Shown here: positions 34,758 to 38,912 of the stretch, piece by piece
Layout: every line of letters starts with the position of its first letter
Position numbering within the stretch: position 1 is the stretch's first letter
DNA from: an uncultured Gammaproteobacteria bacterium
Lineage (GTDB): Bacteria; Patescibacteriota; Microgenomatia; Curtissbacterales; GWA2-41-24
Reading direction: 5' to 3'
DNA: 38,912 nucleotides
NCBI GenBank assembly: GCA_964511055.1
Contig: CAZEDQ010000001.1
Coordinates: 1-38,912 of the forward strand
Notes under the pieces: generated by a model
What the model saw: the letters and a program-made list of their open reading frames with translations, nothing else
The model's database searches: none
Told to the model about the DNA's origin: nothing
Program-made: the position numbers and the translations under genes

Positions 34758-35078
34758 ATGAGCTGCGAAAACGAGAGAGCTGAACTACAAGTGCTTATCG
34801 ATATTCTTCCGGAATGGCACACCGATAGCTATTATGCTGTTCAGACAAGAATTGACCTTGGTGCCCATTGCCCTGATAGGCCTTCTACTCACGCCCAAAA
34901 TTTAGCAACCGAGTTTAATCCAAGAGCAACCAAAGATGAGGTCGAAGCACGTAGGGCGAAGACTTATGCAATCAATAAAAAAAGAGCCGATGGGGTTATA
35001 TCCCGCCACAGAAAACTTTTAGAGCGTCATGCACAGAGACTAGCCGAGCCGGATCATGGTTCGGCTAAAAGCGAGTAA
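34758..35078 (+). CDS. hypothetical small protein with a basic C-terminus
   Basis: 106-aa ORF directly behind a strong promoter. No family recognised. Confidence 0.55.
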   Translation: MSCENERAELQVLIDILPEWHTDSYYAVQTRIDLGAHCPDRPSTHAQNLATEFNPRATKDEVEARRAKTYAINKKRADGVISRHRKLLERHAQRLAEPDHGSAKSE

Positions 35079-35086
35079 ATTAGCCA

Positions 35087-35347
35087 ATGTGTTGTGACAG
35101 ATTACAAACTTGTGCAATGGAATCAGCTGTTGTACTTGATAAAGCTGATCCAAACAGACAAAAACTTCTTGAAATAGTCCGGAAGATTGTAGAGCAATGT
35201 CCAAGAGAAGCAAGAGGTCATGCGTCAAAATTAGCAGGATCTATCCTTCCTCCGGAAAGTGAAGCTGTACCCAGGTTTTTCCGCAATAACCCCCAAGCAA
35301 CAGATGTTTTGGAGCAAAGCGGAGCCCTCGAATCTCTTCTCGGGTAA
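35087..35347 (+). CDS. hypothetical small protein
   Basis: 86-aa ORF starting 8 nt after the previous stop; ATG 35117 is an alternative start. No family recognised. Confidence 0.45.
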   Translation: MCCDRLQTCAMESAVVLDKADPNRQKLLEIVRKIVEQCPREARGHASKLAGSILPPESEAVPRFFRNNPQATDVLEQSGALESLLG

Positions 35348-35352
35348 TTTTG

Positions 35353-37077
35353 CTAATCCTTAGGCAAGTTTCTTCTATACAATACCTGCTTTGCTAAAAC
35401 ATTATAGATATGAGTTCGTATATCGGAAATAGAAATTCCCAATTTTAATGCAGCTTGTTCTGCATCCATATTAGTTGTAAAAATAGCTATCATAACGTTT
35501 CGCTCCATGCCATTGAGATAATTGGCTGTTTTCCACCAAAAATCAGGATGTTTCCATTCAATATTAGGAGAAAGAGTAGGTGGATGACTACTTTCCGGCT
35601 CATTAACTGGTGTAGCTGTTTGGGGTTTCGGTATAGTTATTGTTATTGCGTGAGCTTTTGGAAAAGCAGGTCGAACCTCAGGGACGGCAGCTTTACTTGT
35701 TGGTGTTTTTAAATCAGTGAGCATTATTGTTCCAGAAGTTGAAGCATGTTCTTGCAAGGGATTTTCTCCATCACGATGTATATCTGCCTCATCAGATATA
35801 TTCTCACCAACTCCAGCCTTTACATCAGATAGCGCAAAACCTAGAAGCTTTTTCATAACTTCGGGATCAGTACTTGTATCAACAAGTCTTGATGTCCTTA
35901 GCACAACTTCCTGTGCCTCTTGAGGGGTCATAGAATTTTGCCGGGAGAATGTTACTACTACCTGTTTTAATGCCTCGACATTGGATCGAATTTCATCTGA
36001 GGTGAATTTAGCACCTTTCTGTGGGCCGCCTTTTTGAACAGAAGTAGAAGCTCCGAATTCATCAGCACTTTGCTCATCTATTTCGCTTTCAAACTCAGAG
36101 GTCTCGTTTTTTGCCAACACCTCTTCCGCCCTTATAGTACTGACAGCCTCATCTATAATCCTCTCAATTGCCTTTTTACGATCTTCTGGTTTAATTTTTT
36201 GTTTAACAAGTTCTACAAGTTTGGCTGTCTGCGGAGCATATAATCTAAAGTTGATACTTGCGTCCATTAATCGGTCTTGGAGCCAATAATTATCCTTACC
36301 CGGGAAACCTGTTGCAATCAGCTTTAACCTTGAAGGGGTTACTTTTTGCTCCCTATCACGCCCACCGCTGGCAAGTCGTACTTTCTTTACCAGTTCTGGA
36401 TCTGCAGCCTCAACTGTTTTGAGTATGTCGTAAATATACCCAGGGCTTCTTTGCCATCGACGACACTTACGATCAACCCAATCCTTAATGCCTTCTAAAT
36501 CCTCTGTGGATACTTTATAGGATGTTTCCCTGTCAGTAAGTGTCAAAGTAAAGGCTTGCGTAATTGGTATGTCCTTTTTGGCCCACTCCGTTTGGCTGTA
36601 GGATCTGGATATCCACTCGGCAATCCGAGGGAACTGAACACTTCTTACTGAATTTGCCGCAACTATTCTAAGGTCAAACAGTTCTTCATCCGTCACCCCG
36701 TAAAGAACATTGGCTTTTATTGTTTCGGCCCCCATTCTTCTTTTAGCTTCTGTCCTGTGAAATCCGTCTATTATGTCGTAAACGACTCTTCCATCAAGCT
36801 CTCTAGCTCTTACCGTGATAGAGCTTGTTTGGCCCCATTTATCTGCCATAGAGTCTTTAAGCTCTTCAGCATGAGTGTCGTCTACAAGTGAATAGTCTAC
36901 TATCACGTCACCAAGAGCAATCGCAATGTTTTCGCGCTTTGCTCCTTCACCATTTTTTAATAGTTCCAAACTTCTCAATATCTCCAGAGGTGTACGACGG
37001 TCTTCCGGTCCGATAATTCTGACTAACATAGCAGGTTCGGGCGGGGCATCTGCAATTTGTCTCTCGCGAGCTACCAT
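35353..37077 (-). CDS. ParB/Srx-like N-terminal domain protein with a long acidic, low-complexity linker and a C-terminal sigma70-region-4/LuxR-type HTH
   Basis: ITVRARELDGRVVYDIIDGFHRTEAKRRMG is a ParB-like box. The C-terminal ERNVMIAIF...AEQAALKLGISISDIRTHIYNVLAKQV is HTH-like. I chose ATG 37077 because the track's TTG 37113 is the TTG of a TTGACT -35 box. Confidence 0.8.
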   Translation of the reverse strand: MVARERQIADAPPEPAMLVRIIGPEDRRTPLEILRSLELLKNGEGAKRENIAIALGDVIVDYSLVDDTHAEELKDSMADKWGQTSSITVRARELDGRVVYDIIDGFHRTEAKRRMGAETIKANVLYGVTDEELFDLRIVAANSVRSVQFPRIAEWISRSYSQTEWAKKDIPITQAFTLTLTDRETSYKVSTEDLEGIKDWVDRKCRRWQRSPGYIYDILKTVEAADPELVKKVRLASGGRDREQKVTPSRLKLIATGFPGKDNYWLQDRLMDASINFRLYAPQTAKLVELVKQKIKPEDRKKAIERIIDEAVSTIRAEEVLAKNETSEFESEIDEQSADEFGASTSVQKGGPQKGAKFTSDEIRSNVEALKQVVVTFSRQNSMTPQEAQEVVLRTSRLVDTSTDPEVMKKLLGFALSDVKAGVGENISDEADIHRDGENPLQEHASTSGTIMLTDLKTPTSKAAVPEVRPAFPKAHAITITIPKPQTATPVNEPESSHPPTLSPNIEWKHPDFWWKTANYLNGMERNVMIAIFTTNMDAEQAALKLGISISDIRTHIYNVLAKQVLYRRNLPKD

Positions 37078-37084
37078 GTTGCAA

Positions 37085-37113
37085 AGGTTATCTCTGCGCC
37101 GGATAAAAGTCAA
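37085..37113 (-). promoter_or_regulatory. putative promoter TTGACT-N17-TAACCT, with the -10 ending 7 nt before ATG 37077
   Basis: Read on the minus strand: -35 at 37108-37113 and -10 at 37085-37090. Confidence 0.45.
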
Positions 37114-37121
37114 CAGGTTTC

Positions 37122-37150
37122 TTGAAGCAAAGCCTGTCTTCTGCCATAAT
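37122..37150 (+). promoter_or_regulatory. putative promoter TTGAAG-N17-CATAAT, with the -10 ending 11 nt before the ileS ATG
   Basis: -35 at 37122-37127 and -10 at 37145-37150. Confidence 0.5.
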
Positions 37151-37161
37151 TAAGCCTATCT

Positions 37162-38912
37162 ATGGCACAAAATTTCAAACCCGTTGACCCGCATGTCGAC
37201 TTCCCCGCCCTTGAGGAAAAAACCCTAAATTATTGGCGCAAAAATAAAATATTCGAAAAATCGCTTTCCAAAAACCCTAAATCAAACCCTTGGACATTTT
37301 TGGACGGCCCGCCTTTTATAACGGGCTTGCCCCATTATGGAAGCTTGCTTTCTTCAATCCCTAAAGATGTCTTTCCCCGCTACATGACTATGAAAGGCTA
37401 TTATGTCCGCCGCGTTTGGGGCTGGGATTGCCACGGTCTTCCTGCGGAAAACAAAGTCGAGGAAAAACTTGGCATCAAACGCAAAAAAGATATCGAAGAA
37501 AAAATCGGTGTCAAAAAATTTATAGATGAATGCAAGCTTTACGTGAACGAAGTTTCCTCCGAATGGGAATGGTATATAGACCACGTTGGCCGATGGGTCG
37601 ACTTTAAAAATGCATACAGGACAATGGACACACCTTATATGGAATCCGTCATGTGGGTTTTCAAACAAATGTACGACAAGGGCTTTATCTACAAAGGGCT
37701 TCGTGTTTCACTTTACTGCCCGCATTGCTCAACGCCGATTTCCAACTTCGAAGTTGCTATGGATGCGGATAACTATAAGGAAGTTACCGAACCCGCCAAC
37801 ACTTATAAATACCAACTGGCCGCAGAAAAAGACGCATATTTACTGGCCTGGTCAACAACCCCTTGGAACAAAATCGCAACTCCGGCTTTGGCCGTTAACC
37901 CGAAAATAAAATATGTAAAAGTCCAGCAAGGAAATGAAAAATATATTTTGGCAAAATCCACACTTGAACATTTGAAAAAAGAACCAAAATACAAAATTCT
38001 GGAAGAATTTTTGGGCAGCAAATTGGTAGGCGTTAAGTTTATCCCGCATTACGACTTTTACAAAATTGACCCCGGCAAAAAGGCAGGCGTTGTTATTCCC
38101 GGCGATTTTGTGACGGCAGATGAAGGTACCGGGATTGTCACGATTGCCGCATACGGTGAAGACGACTTAAAAGCCATGCAGGAAAATAATATCCAGATTG
38201 TTTTGCATGTAGACGAGGAAGGGATCCTTAAAAAAGGTGTTCCATGGGAAGGGGAGTATTACCTCAAGGTAAATAAGCTGGTAAACGCAGACCTATCAGC
38301 CCGCGGCCTTATGTACAAAGAAGACGGTTACACCCACACGGTGCCGACATGTTGGCGCTGCCAGACAAGGCTTTTTTATTCTCCACAGGACGCTTGGTAT
38401 GTAAATGTCCAAAAGCTAAAAAACCAGATGAAAAAAACCAATGAAGAGGTTAATTGGGTCCCGAAACATTTTAAATATGGCAGGTACTTAAAAAGTTTGG
38501 AAAACGCCCCGGATTGGTGTATTTCCAGAAGCCGCTATTGGGGTTCGCCCGTTCCGGTCTGGGAGTGCACCAAATGCGAAGAAAAGATTGTCCCCGGTTC
38601 AATTGAGGAACTTGAAAAATTATCCGGACAAAAAATAAAAGATCTGCACAAACCGGAAATAGACGAAGTAGAAATCAAATGTCCAAAATGTTCATCAAAA
38701 GCAAAAAGGGTAGCGGAGGTATTAGACAGCTGGATAGAAGCTGGTTCTGCCCCTTATGCCGAAAGGCACTATCCGTTTGAAAAAATTAATCTGGACGAAT
38801 TTTTCCCTCCGGATTTTATCACCGAATATACCGGCCAAATCCGGGCCTGGTTTTATGTCCTTCACGTCATCTCAACCGCTATTTTCGGCTCAATAGCCTT
38901 TAAAAACGTTCT
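37162..38912 (+). CDS. ileS: isoleucine--tRNA ligase (type 2, eukaryote-like), N-terminal part; 3' end lies outside the window
   Basis: My own translation, open from ATG 37162 to the window end; it is absent from the ORF track because no stop is reached. Motifs GPPFITGLPHYG, WGWDCHGLP, TCWRC and WCISRSRYWG. Confidence 0.95.
   Translation, partial: MAQNFKPVDPHVDFPALEEKTLNYWRKNKIFEKSLSKNPKSNPWTFLDGPPFITGLPHYGSLLSSIPKDVFPRYMTMKGYYVRRVWGWDCHGLPAENKVEEKLGIKRKKDIEEKIGVKKFIDECKLYVNEVSSEWEWYIDHVGRWVDFKNAYRTMDTPYMESVMWVFKQMYDKGFIYKGLRVSLYCPHCSTPISNFEVAMDADNYKEVTEPANTYKYQLAAEKDAYLLAWSTTPWNKIATPALAVNPKIKYVKVQQGNEKYILAKSTLEHLKKEPKYKILEEFLGSKLVGVKFIPHYDFYKIDPGKKAGVVIPGDFVTADEGTGIVTIAAYGEDDLKAMQENNIQIVLHVDEEGILKKGVPWEGEYYLKVNKLVNADLSARGLMYKEDGYTHTVPTCWRCQTRLFYSPQDAWYVNVQKLKNQMKKTNEEVNWVPKHFKYGRYLKSLENAPDWCISRSRYWGSPVPVWECTKCEEKIVPGSIEELEKLSGQKIKDLHKPEIDEVEIKCPKCSSKAKRVAEVLDSWIEAGSAPYAERHYPFEKINLDEFFPPDFITEYTGQIRAWFYVLHVISTAIFGSIAFKNV

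Noticed and set aside
37078-37161. Possible T-box or other leader riboswitch upstream of ileS.
   Set aside because: The whole spacer is 84 bp and is occupied by two divergent promoters, leaving no room for a T-box leader of 200 nt or more.

Overview
The window reads as a small-genome, CPR/Patescibacteria-like bacterium with the standard genetic code; the taxon is inferred from gene content and protein style only. From 3.2 to 23.2 kb there is an unusually complete division/cell-wall (dcw) cluster: MraZ operator repeats, mraZ, rsmH, ftsL-like, ftsI, a small membrane ORF, one reverse-strand unknown ORF, murE, a GlmU(N-terminal)-MurC fusion, murB, murA, murF, mraY, murI, murD, ftsW, murG, ftsQ-like, ftsA and ftsZ. 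It is flanked by glyQS (3' part), a membrane-anchored unknown and a divergent PurF-like gene on the left. To the right lies a low-GC stretch (about 23.2-27.1 kb) holding an unknown polytopic membrane protein abutting ftsZ and an MBOAT plus SGNH O-acyltransferase pair. Next comes a mixed-strand accessory stretch: SDR, EamA transporter, SAM methyltransferase, Cys-rich membrane protein, lipoprotein, VOC protein, MFS transporter and a KAS III (FabH-like) gene coupled to CutA. It ends with two unknown small ORFs behind a consensus promoter, converging on a ParB-like/HTH gene, then the 5' part of type-2 ileS. I found no rRNA, tRNA, CRISPR array, transposase or integrase. Most notable are the GlmU-MurC fusion, a recurring -10 box 6-11 nt before start codons (leaderless-looking operon-first genes), a four-plus-one TGGTGA repeat array upstream of mraZ, MurA with Asp at the fosfomycin-target Cys position, the ftsZ-coupled unknown membrane protein, and the ParB-like module. 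All family calls rest on motif recognition by eye; no searches were run.
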